From: a virus | Lineage: Duplodnaviria > Caudoviricetes | Reading direction: 5' to 3' (one strand) | Length of the DNA: 56,472 bases | Virus record (IMG/VR): IMGVR_UViG_3300022309_000007 | Span: 1 to 56,472 of that record | Shown here: one piece after another, positions 46,153 to 55,498 of the stretch | How the letters are laid out: each line of letters starts with the position of its first letter | Position numbering within the stretch: the stretch's first letter is position 1 | Made by a program: the position numbers and the translations under genes | Notes under the pieces: generated by a model | Databases searched by the model: none | The model's input: the letters and a program-made list of their open reading frames with translations, nothing else | What the model was told of the DNA's origin: nothing

Positions 46153-46179
46153 AAAAACAGGAGCCCCCGAAGGGGCTCC
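46153..46179 (-). terminator. Rho-independent terminator after SSB
   Basis: GGAGCCCC-TTCG-GGGGCTCC-TGTTTTT on minus strand. Confidence 0.85.
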
Positions 46180-46196
46180 ACAAAGATCATCCTTGA

Positions 46197-46805
46197 TCAG
46201 AAGTTGATGTCGAAATCGTCATCCACACTTCCAGCATCCGCCGGGCTGTTATCTTCCAGTGCTTCGAACTCGTCCTCGACACTCACTGGCCCGGCACCGA
46301 ACGCCTCGCCATCCTTGACGAACTGTACCCCGCGAAGGTTACCGTTGATGCGCTTCCCGTACTTGTTGTTCTGCGCCCACAACGTCAACGTACCGTTCAC
46401 GTAGCAGCCGCCGTACGGGCACTGAGGATCGCCCTCGGCTACCGGCTCTCCCTTCCGGTTCGCCACAGCCGGTCGCACCGTGTTGGTCACACTGATATAG
46501 AACATATCCTTGTAGCCTTCACTGACCGTTCCATCCTCTTTCACTTTCTTGTTACCGTCGCCGAAACAGATGCCCTTCAATCCTGCCGGGGCAAAGTCCG
46601 CACCGTAAGCCTCCCGCATGAGCGCCGCCGCTGTCTTCTTGATCTCCTTGATCTGAACAGCGTGGTCGGCATCACTCGGGTCCAGCAGAAAGGTCGCTTG
46701 GAATTTCTTCTCCTGACCTTCCTGGTAGGCTTCCGGTTTGAACAGCTTCGGGTATGACAGTCGCGCACCCTTCACTTTGATTACTTCACTTGTTTTTGCA
46801 GCCAT
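46197..46805 (-). CDS. ssDNA-binding protein (DUF2815 / T7 gp2.5-like)
   Basis: RLSYPKLFKP, YGGCYVN, LRGVQFVKDGEAFG, acidic tail ending in F. Confidence 0.88.
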   Translation of the reverse strand: MAAKTSEVIKVKGARLSYPKLFKPEAYQEGQEKKFQATFLLDPSDADHAVQIKEIKKTAAALMREAYGADFAPAGLKGICFGDGNKKVKEDGTVSEGYKDMFYISVTNTVRPAVANRKGEPVAEGDPQCPYGGCYVNGTLTLWAQNNKYGKRINGNLRGVQFVKDGEAFGAGPVSVEDEFEALEDNSPADAGSVDDDFDINF

Positions 46806-46850
46806 CGTGTTATCCGTCCTATCGTTTTACCGTATTAGCATCTTAGCGTA

Positions 46851-47024
46851 TTACGTTCCGACGATCGGAGGGTCGTCGGTTCCCTTTGAACTTTCTTTCC
46901 AGTCATGTTCATTATTTTCTGTTTCATTGCAGTAGTTCGGATCGGATGTTTTAGCTCCGAAAGCAATAGCTAAGGCTAACAAAGCTGCCCGTTTAAAATC
47001 CAAACCACAAGCACTACATTTCAT
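46851..47024 (-). CDS. Small CxxC protein
   Basis: AGGAG RBS before ATG 47024; MKCSACG. Confidence 0.5.
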   Translation of the reverse strand: MKCSACGLDFKRAALLALAIAFGAKTSDPNYCNETENNEHDWKESSKGTDDPPIVGT

Positions 47025-47517
47025 CAGCTTTCTCCTTTTCAATCGCTTCCGCCATCTTCGCGTAGAAGTCCAGCGTCCGCCCGTTGAGATGATCTATTTC
47101 ATGCTGGAGCACTCGGGCCACCAGGTCCTTACCGCCGAACGTGACAGCTTCCCAGCGTACACTGAAGCCGCGCACCTTGACCCGCTGAAACCGCGGTACG
47201 AGTACGCGCTCGTCAGGAAAACTAAGGCACCCTTCCTCGCCCAGAACCGGACCGCCTTTCCACCAGATAAGTTCCGGGTTGATGATCGCCGCTTTGGTGC
47301 AGCCAGCCACCATCACGCCGTTCTTGATAGCGGGTACCTGGATGACGATGACACGCTTGTTGACGCCTATCTGCGGCGCGGCCAGCCCGATCCCGTTCGG
47401 GTAGTCCATTGCGTCGAACATGGCATCGACCAGATCGCGAGTCTTCTCGCCGAAGGGGACGGGTTCCGCTACCTTCTCCAACTGTTTGTTCGGCCATGTT
47501 ATTACGCTAGCCATCAC
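47014..47517 (-). CDS. def: Peptide deformylase
   Basis: All three signatures: GIGLAAPQIG, EGCLS, QHEIDHLNG. Confidence 0.96.
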   Translation of the reverse strand: MMASVITWPNKQLEKVAEPVPFGEKTRDLVDAMFDAMDYPNGIGLAAPQIGVNKRVIVIQVPAIKNGVMVAGCTKAAIINPELIWWKGGPVLGEEGCLSFPDERVLVPRFQRVKVRGFSVRWEAVTFGGKDLVARVLQHEIDHLNGRTLDFYAKMAEAIEKEKADEM

Positions 47518-47780
47518 ATCGCATCCGATAAGTGTTCGTCCACGTCATCGTCGATCTGTTTTTGCAGTCGCCATGCTCGTACCCGCAGTCCGATCGCAAC
47601 CAAATAAATGACTGCGTTGACGGAAACGGCAACACGGATACCCCATTGATCCGGCGTGGTCGAGTACAGGACGAACGGTACGCCGATCAGGGCGATGATA
47701 ATTCCTATCAGCATCCGGTAGATCGCGGTGAAAACGAAAAACCCCAGAGCGGATAACGTTATAATTATTTGTTCAATCAT
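47514..47780 (-). CDS. Small multi-TM membrane protein
   Basis: Three hydrophobic segments, overlap-coupled. Confidence 0.65.
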   Translation of the reverse strand: MIEQIIITLSALGFFVFTAIYRMLIGIIIALIGVPFVLYSTTPDQWGIRVAVSVNAVIYLVAIGLRVRAWRLQKQIDDDVDEHLSDAM

Positions 47781-47997
47781 TTTCTCTCTCCATGTTCGTT
47801 AGTTCTCTTCGGGCGAAGCCTAGTTCTGCCTCTCTTATAAACCAAGCCGGGATGACGCCGGGCTCCACGTCTTCATCCAGTCGAACATACGAATACTTTT
47901 CGTCGTTAATAGTGCCGCGCGCTATCAACACCGTTTTTCCGTTGTCCGGGCCTTTCGCCACGCAAATCGTTGAGCTGTACTCGGTGATCTCAATCAT
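47773..47997 (-). CDS. Small hypothetical protein
   Basis: GGAG RBS, overlap-coupled. Confidence 0.6.
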   Translation of the reverse strand: MIEITEYSSTICVAKGPDNGKTVLIARGTINDEKYSYVRLDEDVEPGVIPAWFIREAELGFARRELTNMEREND

Positions 47998-49231
47998 CGT
48001 CTACATCTCCAAACTCGGTTTCAGGATCGATCGCCAGCGACTCCCGCTTGTCGGTGCCAGGCACCAGCACGGGCTTCCCTTGCGGCTTGTGTATCAGGTG
48101 GTCCAGCTTCCCCTTGCCGAACTTCTTCTCGGCCTGCGCCGGCGACACCAGCTTCTTGTTCCAGATAGCATCAGGATCATCGACCTCCAACATCAAGACA
48201 TCCGCCACTTCATCCTCGGCCAGCTTCCAGGCACGCAACGATCGACCCTCCACGAACTTGTAAGGGCCGGTCTCCGGATTCACCACCGGGTTACCTGCGG
48301 CAACCTCCGAGCGGGCGTACGCCAGCATGTCGTTGCACCACTTCTTGATAGCCGGGATGCGTGGCAGCAGCCGACCCAGTTCGTCATTGGTCATAAATTC
48401 AATCATCCTCAGATCGCTGTCCAGATCGGTGAAGTCATCCAGTGCCGCCTCCAGCACATACTGCTCGCGCACCTTGCAAGTGTTCCTGATCGGGCAGAAG
48501 GTGCAGTGGTTGCCAGCCTTGAACGGGGCGCCGGGCTTCAGGGCTATCTCGGCGGTCGGCCGGACCACTTCATCGGCCCACTTCAAAAGGTCTGAGAGTG
48601 TGATCTCAAACGTTTCTACGTGATCCAGCCGCGGTTGATGAATGGCGAGGATGAACTTGTCGAAGATGTACAGATGCTTGTAGTCGTGATAAAGCCCGAG
48701 CGCGTAAATTTTCAACTGATCGCTATCCTCGGCGAACACCTGCACACCCTTGCCGTACTTCAGGTCGGTAACATATATGTTACCATCGTTCAACCTGGCG
48801 TCGTCCAGCGTACCGAAGCCGTTCGGTACCCACTCGTCGTAGTGGATCATCTCTTCGATAAGTCGATCGCCGGGCAGATTTTCGACATATTCGACGAACA
48901 TGTCGATGCCGTCGACCATTTCCTGATCGACCGTGAACTCGAACTCGCCCACTTTGATCGTGTGTCCAAGGAACGTGGACGCGTCGGTATTCTGGACACG
49001 GCACCATTCGCTAAGATCGTGCGCGGCGTTGCCCTCGGCGGCGAAGATGCTGTCCTTCTTTGTCACCCCGCGAGACGCTAACACGGAACCAGGACAGTTC
49101 AACCACCGGGGGGCGGCCGACGGTCCCAGTTCGCTGTGTAGCATTTCAATGACGGTATGATCGGTCACATCGGCACCAGTAAAAGTATCGGTTGCATTTA
49201 TAGCAGAATCGTCTGAGGTAGTCGTGGTCAT
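47990..49231 (-). CDS. DUF2800 / Cas4-like PD-(D/E)XK exonuclease (start may be downstream)
   Basis: PSAAPRWLNCPGS, GFGTLD, DLKYGKG, QLKIYALG, HCTFC..C. Confidence 0.9.
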   Translation of the reverse strand: MTTTTSDDSAINATDTFTGADVTDHTVIEMLHSELGPSAAPRWLNCPGSVLASRGVTKKDSIFAAEGNAAHDLSEWCRVQNTDASTFLGHTIKVGEFEFTVDQEMVDGIDMFVEYVENLPGDRLIEEMIHYDEWVPNGFGTLDDARLNDGNIYVTDLKYGKGVQVFAEDSDQLKIYALGLYHDYKHLYIFDKFILAIHQPRLDHVETFEITLSDLLKWADEVVRPTAEIALKPGAPFKAGNHCTFCPIRNTCKVREQYVLEAALDDFTDLDSDLRMIEFMTNDELGRLLPRIPAIKKWCNDMLAYARSEVAAGNPVVNPETGPYKFVEGRSLRAWKLAEDEVADVLMLEVDDPDAIWNKKLVSPAQAEKKFGKGKLDHLIHKPQGKPVLVPGTDKRESLAIDPETEFGDVDDD

Positions 49232-49326
49232 CCATCTTTATATCCCTGCTAGAGCGCACGCGCTGCCATTGCCCGTAATTGGATTGCCGACTTGTGCGTG
49301 CTATCGCGGATTTGTTTAAGCACGGC

Positions 49327-49512
49327 TTATAAATAGTCATCAGAGATTGCATTATAAATGCGCTTGGCCAGCTCGGAGTTTTCGATATTAAAGCAGTCGC
49401 CCGGAGAGCAGACATTGTAGATCAATTGCCCTACACGCATATCTGGGTACTGTTTAACGTAGGCTTTGATTGCTTTCAGAACATCGGGCATGGTTTCTGC
49501 TCTGTTCTCCAT
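49327..49512 (-). CDS. Small phage protein (YPDMRVGQLIYN motif)
   Basis: AGGAGG RBS; own putative promoter. Confidence 0.7.
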   Translation of the reverse strand: MENRAETMPDVLKAIKAYVKQYPDMRVGQLIYNVCSPGDCFNIENSELAKRIYNAISDDYL

Positions 49513-49528
49513 AACTACCTCCTAAGTA

Positions 49529-49568
49529 GTACACATCGACCTATTAACTAGGTCAATTGACCTATTAA
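49529..49568 (-). promoter_or_regulatory. Putative promoter (TTGACC-17-TGTACT) overlapped by operator-like palindrome and direct repeat
   Basis: Perfect 16-bp palindrome TAGGTCAATTGACCTA at 49549-49564; GACCTATTAA twice. Confidence 0.55.
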
Positions 49569-49707
49569 AGTGACGGTGATCCGGCCCGTAAAGGCGACTC
49601 GTTCTGCGATCGTCCGCACACGTTGCAGTATCCTGCACTCGACGCAAGCGCCACCACCTTATCAGCTAGTTCTTTGTCGTTCATCATCGGTCACTCGCGG
49701 TACGCAA

Positions 49708-49884
49708 CTACGCCGCCAGCGTTTCGTGAACAATGACGGCGACAGCAATGGCAAGCAGCCAGACGATCGGCACCGACCACAAGCCGAACAGGCTGATGGC
49801 CATAAAGACCATCACACCAAACAAAGCGGCAATAAGGACGCTCACGGCAATTATTGCGGTCAGGCACATGTATTTATAGATCAT
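49708..49884 (-). CDS. 58-aa two-TM membrane protein (absent from ORF track)
   Basis: GAGG RBS; MIYKYMCLTAIIAVSVLIAALFGVMVFMAISLFGLWSVPIVWLLAIAVAVIVHETLAA. Confidence 0.6.
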   Translation of the reverse strand: MIYKYMCLTAIIAVSVLIAALFGVMVFMAISLFGLWSVPIVWLLAIAVAVIVHETLAA

Positions 49885-50152
49885 TGGTCTTCACCTCTCC
49901 CTGCTTGGTGGCTGCGAGCGCTATAGCGATCTGCGTCTTGTCCATTGTTCTACAGGCATCCTCAAGCGCCTTGACTCTGGCTTGCAGTTCTGCAATGTGC
50001 GCTATCTGCTCAACATTTTGATCGTACTGTCGATCACGTTCAGCAGTCAGGCGCTCGATTTCGTCACGCGCCAACCGTAGATCGCACCAAGGGCATTCTT
50101 TATCAAGTTCACCATCGACCATGTGCCCACAATCATTACAATGCCATCTCAT
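49874..50152 (-). CDS. Zn-ribbon plus coiled-coil small protein
   Basis: CNDC...CPWC then EIERL heptads; GGAG RBS. Confidence 0.7.
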   Translation of the reverse strand: MRWHCNDCGHMVDGELDKECPWCDLRLARDEIERLTAERDRQYDQNVEQIAHIAELQARVKALEDACRTMDKTQIAIALAATKQGEVKTNDL

Positions 50153-50185
50153 GTAGTTTTCTCTCCCTGCTCTGTGGCTCCGAAT

Positions 50186-50728
50186 CTACTTCTCCGCCAG
50201 CCTCGCAAGCTGTTCGTCAGCGAACTGAACCACTTCGGCGTACTTGTCTTTAGGAACAGCACCCAAGATATCGGTACCGGCTACCTTGTTCAGCAGCTCT
50301 TTGGCTTTGCCCATCGCCTTAGTACCGGCTTCCTTGGCGTCCGTTCCTTTTTCCACCAGTTTCGCCGCCAGCGCGTTCTTGAAGTTGATCAGGGCCTTGC
50401 GAACATCTTCCGGTGAGACGGTTGTGACTGCCGGTGCGTCGTCCAAGAAGTCGTCCAGATCGTCCACTACGGGCGGTTCCGGAACTTCCGGTTCGGGTGC
50501 TGCTTCGGCTGCCTTATCCGCTTCGATCTCGGCCTTGGTCCGACGTTTGCGCTTCTTCTTTTTAGATTGGTTTTTTGTATCGCTCTCGGTGATCGATGCA
50601 GGAGGTGCAGAAACAACCGATAACGGCTCCTGCTTTGTCGAAGTAGCCTCCTCCATCTGATTCACCACCACTTTCCCCAGCGCTGCCGCTGCTGCTTCCA
50701 GACTGTCGAACTGCAATGTCACTTTCAT
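50186..50728 (-). CDS. Hypothetical protein (KRKRRTKAEI motif, Pro/Glu linker, helical C-terminus)
   Basis: GGGAG RBS before ATG 50728; type often found upstream of DUF2800. Confidence 0.75.
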   Translation of the reverse strand: MKVTLQFDSLEAAAAALGKVVVNQMEEATSTKQEPLSVVSAPPASITESDTKNQSKKKKRKRRTKAEIEADKAAEAAPEPEVPEPPVVDDLDDFLDDAPAVTTVSPEDVRKALINFKNALAAKLVEKGTDAKEAGTKAMGKAKELLNKVAGTDILGAVPKDKYAEVVQFADEQLARLAEK

Positions 50729-50933
50729 TGTCGTACTCCCATTCAATTAACATTTCAATACAATGTATTGCTTTTTCCAAATCCTGCCGGCCACCTTTGC
50801 CTTTATACCGGCTGATATAAGACACAGCTTCCGACTGAAGATTGTTCTGTTTGTTCACAAAAGAGAAATAGGCCGGCTGGATGGCCATGCTCTTGTAGTG
50901 GTCGCCGCCGACCTGCTTGTCACTCGGTTTCAT
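50562..50933 (-). CDS. DUF3310 (SaV-like) protein
   Basis: QVGGDHYK..IQP...RYKGKGG..DLEKA. Confidence 0.8.
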   Translation of the reverse strand: MKPSDKQVGGDHYKSMAIQPAYFSFVNKQNNLQSEAVSYISRYKGKGGRQDLEKAIHCIEMLIEWEYDNESDIAVRQSGSSSGSAGESGGESDGGGYFDKAGAVIGCFCTSCIDHRERYKKPI

Positions 50934-51715
50934 TTCAACCCCTTATTCCGTCGTTCCAGGAAGTCCAGCGACACTTCCATCAGGTCGTAATCACCGTTCA
51001 GGACTTCATGCAGCATGATCACGCCGCGCCAGTGATGGTTCGCCTGCGGTCCTTTGTAGTCCTCGTCATGCAGATAGCAACTCCCGGCGATCAACGCCCG
51101 TCTGACATCTCCGGTCGACACGTACAGGTTCGCGTGCTTCAATCCCTGCTGGTGGCCCATCACAAAACTGTGGCCGACGTTCTTCAACCTTGTCTCCGGC
51201 ATCCCGCCCCACGGATGACCCGTCATAGGGTTGTAGAAGTAATGCGCGAAGTGTACGTCATTGATGTTGACCGGCTCAAGGAAAGCATGAACCTCCCAGT
51301 CATATTTGTCAAGGTTAAAATCGTGGTAGCCGATCGTATCCTCGAGGATGGCATCGGCTTGGATAGCACGGTCGATCCGGTTCTCGTGGTTGCCAAGACA
51401 AAACACCAGCCGCGGCTTGTACTGCTTGTGCTTGGTCTCGGCTTGGCGCTTGTTGTAATCGACGAGTGGCGCCATCAGCAAGTCCATCGCGTAATTGCCG
51501 GCATTGATATCAGCCCGGTAACGCCTGCCCTCGAAGCACTTCTTGCCCTTATCATAGGACGACAGGCTCGGCATGTCCCAGTGATCGCCGATATGCACCA
51601 CCACGTCCGGGCGTTTGTCGACGATATACTTTCCGATCCACGTAAAGTGATCCATCCTCACACCGGGCTTTGCCTGTGTGTCGGGGATCAGTAGAATCTT
51701 GAGACGTTTCTTCAT
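50930..51715 (-). CDS. Calcineurin-like metallophosphoesterase
   Basis: IPDTQ, HIGDHWD, LGNHE, FAH, MGHQQ; ATG 51715 overlaps primase stop. Confidence 0.88.
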   Translation of the reverse strand: MKKRLKILLIPDTQAKPGVRMDHFTWIGKYIVDKRPDVVVHIGDHWDMPSLSSYDKGKKCFEGRRYRADINAGNYAMDLLMAPLVDYNKRQAETKHKQYKPRLVFCLGNHENRIDRAIQADAILEDTIGYHDFNLDKYDWEVHAFLEPVNINDVHFAHYFYNPMTGHPWGGMPETRLKNVGHSFVMGHQQGLKHANLYVSTGDVRRALIAGSCYLHDEDYKGPQANHHWRGVIMLHEVLNGDYDLMEVSLDFLERRNKGLK

Positions 51716-53793
51716 AACCAATCTTCCTCTTCTGCTGCGATCGCCGTCGTCAGCGAAACCTTGTTCCCTTTGTGCAGGAACAGCCACTGGTCCGTGACCA
51801 GCTTCTGTACTGCTCGTGAAATCTGTTGCTTGCGAGTGTCGCGCTTGCCCTTCTCAACTTCCGGCAGGGACGCCACTGCTGCCGATATTACCTCGTCCAC
51901 TGCCATCGGCTCACCGCCTTTAAGCAATCGCCTGGCTACGGTCAGCGCGGTCTTGGGGTACAGCCCGGTCGGTTCGACCCGGTTCTTCATCGGCTGCTCT
52001 GGTGAGTCAACGTGCTCGATCACACAAGACGTGATCTCTTCACCGTCCGTGTCAATACCGAGCACCACGGTCCGCAGCTTGAACGACCACTGCCGGCCGT
52101 CGCTGCCATCCTTCATCTTGGTCACGGACGCGGTACGGAAATCACCGTTGCGCGTAATCTCGATCTCGGCGTCCGCCGCGGCCCGCAGTCCGGACCAGCC
52201 GCGCGCTCCACGGCTGGCGTCCTTACCGCTATGGTGAATCAGCATGACCAGCGCGCCGGTCTTCTTGTGGATGAAGCGGCAGTGCTCTACCACCTTGCCT
52301 AAATCCTTGCCGGCGTTCTCGTCAGCACCCGGTATGGACGCGCTCAAGGTATCGATGACCACCAGATCGGCCTTGCCGAACGCAATGATGGCTTGCGCAA
52401 CGCCGGCCACATCCTCCACATCCAGCAGGTTCGGCGTATCGCCTATCACGCCGAACTCGTTCAACTGGATATTATGCTGGACCGCATACGCACGAAGGCG
52501 CTGACGGAAGCCGCCGGCGCCTTCTGCACACACGTACACCACTTGTCCGGGCACGGATCGATGCCCGCGCCACTCCAACCCGCGGCTGATCGCCGCGCAC
52601 AGGTCCAATGCCAGGAAAGACTTGCCCGATCCGGACTGGCCGTACATCACCACCAGTTCTGCCTTGGGCAGTACCGACTTGATCAGCCACTCCATCGACA
52701 CGTCGGACGCGAAGTCAGGCGCCGGGACTACCGTGAACTTGGGTCGTGTTGGATTCTCCGCGTTATCTGCGGATATTCCGACATGATTCTCCGCATCCAA
52801 GTTCTCAAACTCGTTCAATACCCGCTGCGCCTGCACTTCTTTCTGCTCGAGTGCGAGCTGGCACATTGCTTTGTAGGACGGGCGCTCGGTTATTGGTTTT
52901 TCTGCGTCATCTCCAGTATCTTGGTTACCGAAGAGATGAAGCCGGACAAGATCGAATGCGTTGTGCTGTCCGTGTGCAGGGTCTGTATTATGGTCTGAAT
53001 GACCTTTAAGTCCTCCATCGTAAATTCGAAAACCGTCTGGTCGGCTACCAAAGGTATAAGTCCACCTCTCTTCCGAGCTTCCAGAAACGTAGGGCAGCTT
53101 GAATCGATCGATAACATCAGGAATGCTAAAAGCGCGACAAAATTGTCCCACGATCCCCGGCTTCGTATCGGGAGCGGGAATATCGTCTCCGGCGATGTAG
53201 GCGGAGTCTCCTTGCAGTCGCTTGGGCCACTCTTTCCGGTCTGTCCAGTCATCGTATTCCTCCAATACCCCATCCACATCCACCCATTTTCCGTCCGTAA
53301 CCTCGGACCAGAACTCGCCGCCTTTCCGCACCGAGGGCAAGAACATCATCTGTGCCGGCTTGTCCGACTCGCGCGCCAGCTTCTCGATGTCGCACATCGC
53401 CGCTACCTTACGGGTGACCGCACCGAACTCTTCAGCGGTCACCGGTCTCGACAGCGGAAACACGGCGCGCAGCCTGGGCTTCTCCGGCGTGTGCGATGCG
53501 GTCGTGTACAGGATATGCGCCACATCCTTGTAAGCGTCCCTGATCTCTTCCAAGTCCCACTCGTCGATCTCGTCATAGTCGAACGTAAGACAATGCCGGG
53601 CGACCAGGTTCTTGCCGTCCCGGTAGGCCGGCTCGAAGTGGGCCGGGCAATACCAGCCGGGCTTCGCCTTGTCCTGCGTCTTCATCGGCGCACGGGTTAG
53701 GAACTCCACGAATTTAGGCCAGGTTGTTTTGACAACCTTGGTGATGGCGGCCAAGTTCTCCTTGGCGCCTAACGATATGACGATATCACGCAT
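51712..53793 (-). CDS. Primase-helicase (AEP-like N-terminus plus RepA/AAA_25 helicase)
   Basis: LTFDYD, YTTASH..EKPRLR; GQSGSGKS, VVIDT, IHHSGKD..RGARG. Confidence 0.88.
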   Translation of the reverse strand: MRDIVISLGAKENLAAITKVVKTTWPKFVEFLTRAPMKTQDKAKPGWYCPAHFEPAYRDGKNLVARHCLTFDYDEIDEWDLEEIRDAYKDVAHILYTTASHTPEKPRLRAVFPLSRPVTAEEFGAVTRKVAAMCDIEKLARESDKPAQMMFLPSVRKGGEFWSEVTDGKWVDVDGVLEEYDDWTDRKEWPKRLQGDSAYIAGDDIPAPDTKPGIVGQFCRAFSIPDVIDRFKLPYVSGSSEERWTYTFGSRPDGFRIYDGGLKGHSDHNTDPAHGQHNAFDLVRLHLFGNQDTGDDAEKPITERPSYKAMCQLALEQKEVQAQRVLNEFENLDAENHVGISADNAENPTRPKFTVVPAPDFASDVSMEWLIKSVLPKAELVVMYGQSGSGKSFLALDLCAAISRGLEWRGHRSVPGQVVYVCAEGAGGFRQRLRAYAVQHNIQLNEFGVIGDTPNLLDVEDVAGVAQAIIAFGKADLVVIDTLSASIPGADENAGKDLGKVVEHCRFIHKKTGALVMLIHHSGKDASRGARGWSGLRAAADAEIEITRNGDFRTASVTKMKDGSDGRQWSFKLRTVVLGIDTDGEEITSCVIEHVDSPEQPMKNRVEPTGLYPKTALTVARRLLKGGEPMAVDEVISAAVASLPEVEKGKRDTRKQQISRAVQKLVTDQWLFLHKGNKVSLTTAIAAEEEDWL

Positions 53794-54073
53794 TGTCGTC
53801 CTTGACGGCAGTCTCGTTTTCGAATTTATGCGTTACAGCAGAGTTGCCCGACTTCGGATATTTGCGGTAGTTCCCGTCTTTTGCGCCGGGGTCGATAGGG
53901 GTCAATTCTTTTAGCGTAGGATGGATGCTTTTATCCCTCACCAGTGCATCCGTCGTGGGGGTAATCCAGCCCTTCTTGGACTTCTGATAATCCGGGTCGT
54001 TCGCTTTCAACCATGCCTCCGTTTTATCAACCAGTGCGCCTTGTGCCTTCCCTGTCACTTTTTTAACGCTCAT
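53786..54073 (-). CDS. Basic hypothetical protein
   Basis: GGAG RBS; overlaps primase start. Confidence 0.65.
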   Translation of the reverse strand: MSVKKVTGKAQGALVDKTEAWLKANDPDYQKSKKGWITPTTDALVRDKSIHPTLKELTPIDPGAKDGNYRKYPKSGNSAVTHKFENETAVKDDNA

Positions 54074-54133
54074 GTGTATCGAATCTCCAACTTTTTAATA
54101 GAACCCCGGCAACGTAATGGGCAAAAGTGTCCC

Positions 54134-54385
54134 CTATACTGTACGTTTATCCAGTATTTCGCACAGTTGACGCCTACTCTTGACGTTCAGTTCCTTCATG
54201 ATCCGCCGGATGGTCCATCCCAGCGCCTTCAGTTCCCTAGCCCTGCGCGCCCACCGTGGCTCAGGCGGACGCACGGTGACCCGTACCAGTCGCCAGGCGA
54301 GCGGCTGACCTTCGGGCCATGTGACGACCAGCTTCGTTTCTGGGGCTTCTGGGGCGGTCAGGGGCGTTTTGTCAGTCTTTTCCAC
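54134..54385 (-). CDS. Small HTH-like DNA-binding protein
   Basis: GGAGG RBS; ARELKALGWTIRRIMKELNV.SRRQLCEIL. Confidence 0.6.
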   Translation of the reverse strand: MEKTDKTPLTAPEAPETKLVVTWPEGQPLAWRLVRVTVRPPEPRWARRARELKALGWTIRRIMKELNVKSRRQLCEILDKRTV

Positions 54386-54704
54386 AGCGATCCTCCATGA
54401 TACTTGCGGAAACCTTTTTCGATCCAGCAGAAGTTACACCAGATCGTGTTATCGGGCGGGATGTACCAGCCAGCACAAAGCTGGCCGCAGCGGTGGCAGG
54501 TGGGTTGGTTCACTGCTTACTTGGTCCCGAGCTGATCCTCATCAGTAACCGGAAATACTCGCGTATCCTCGGTCGGGTTCCAGTAGGTCATTCCGCATTC
54601 ACAGACTTGCATTCCCGGTCTGTCAGACCAGACCCAGATATGGGCACCAGACCATGATCGCCAACAATTCGTGTCCGTGTTTCCATAGGTTCCGTAGTAA
54701 CCGA

Positions 54705-54905
54705 TCATTGCCTATTACCGACACGCGCTCTGTATCTCGCCAATTCGCCATCGACAATAACTGCCCGCAGCCAATGGTCCCAAGATGGTTCCGATTGAGC
54801 GAACAGCCTCCTTCTCCAAGCAAGCCATCTTTCAGCTTGTGTCATTGAATCGTGAAAATTTTCACGTTCGCAACGCTCAATGAATTGTTCGATTAATTCT
54901 GTCAA
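54705..54905 (-). CDS. Small hypothetical protein
   Basis: Overlap-coupled in minus-strand string. Confidence 0.5.
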   Translation of the reverse strand: MTELIEQFIERCERENFHDSMTQAERWLAWRRRLFAQSEPSWDHWLRAVIVDGELARYRARVGNRQ

Positions 54906-55291
54906 GAGTCCTTCTCCGTCAGCGGTCGCGTTTTGACTTCGCCGCGAGCCTCACGAATCAGCTTGTCGCCAAGTGCGTCGGCCGCTTCGGATACGCCGAA
55001 CCTGTCCGTGTTCTTTGTCGTCTCGGACAATAGTTTCATAGCCTCATCAATATGGCTGTCAATGAATGATTCGTGTCCGGGATAGCAGGCTTGCGGAATA
55101 TGTGGCTGAAGGTTTATTAGGTGGTTGTGGGCCTTTTGCATTCGTTCCTGTAACTGCTCAATCTCGGCAGCGGCTTTTCGCAGCGCGGTCTTGTGCGAGT
55201 CGATGATGGCGATAAGCTCGCGCCTGTCTTGATCGTCATACTCGTGGCCGAGCTTTCGATCCAGCAATACCTGTGGAATGTCAACCATCAC
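54902..55291 (-). CDS. Hypothetical coiled-coil protein
   Basis: AAGGAG RBS; AAAEIEQL motif. Confidence 0.65.
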   Translation of the reverse strand: MMVDIPQVLLDRKLGHEYDDQDRRELIAIIDSHKTALRKAAAEIEQLQERMQKAHNHLINLQPHIPQACYPGHESFIDSHIDEAMKLLSETTKNTDRFGVSEAADALGDKLIREARGEVKTRPLTEKDS

Positions 55292-55300
55292 TGTCTCCTT

Positions 55301-55498
55301 TCAACTCGCACCAACATCAAGCGCCGCTAGCGCCTGCAATAGTTGTTGTCGATCAATGTAGATCGGTCCTTCGAACAGGGCCGGAGCCTCGATTTTTACT
55401 GCATCATCGAAATTCGATAGCGACAATTCGTAGTCATCTTCGCCGCGTGAGTAGTCTATGGTTGCGGTCACATCCATTACGTTCCCTCCTTTCGGCAC
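55301..55498 (-). CDS. Small acidic protein
   Basis: GGAGG RBS; start may be the internal MDVT. Confidence 0.55.
   Translation of the reverse strand: MPKGGNVMDVTATIDYSRGEDDYELSLSNFDDAVKIEAPALFEGPIYIDRQQLLQALAALDVGAS

Noticed and set aside
47990-49231. Cas4 as evidence of a CRISPR system
   Set aside because: DUF2800 nucleases are standard members of this replication module; no array or other cas genes
8221-54400. Long antisense or alternate-frame ORFs (e.g. 8221..9018, 17660..18397, 33677..34384, 47792..48595, 52999..53700)
   Set aside because: Shadows of well-supported genes in GC-rich coding DNA
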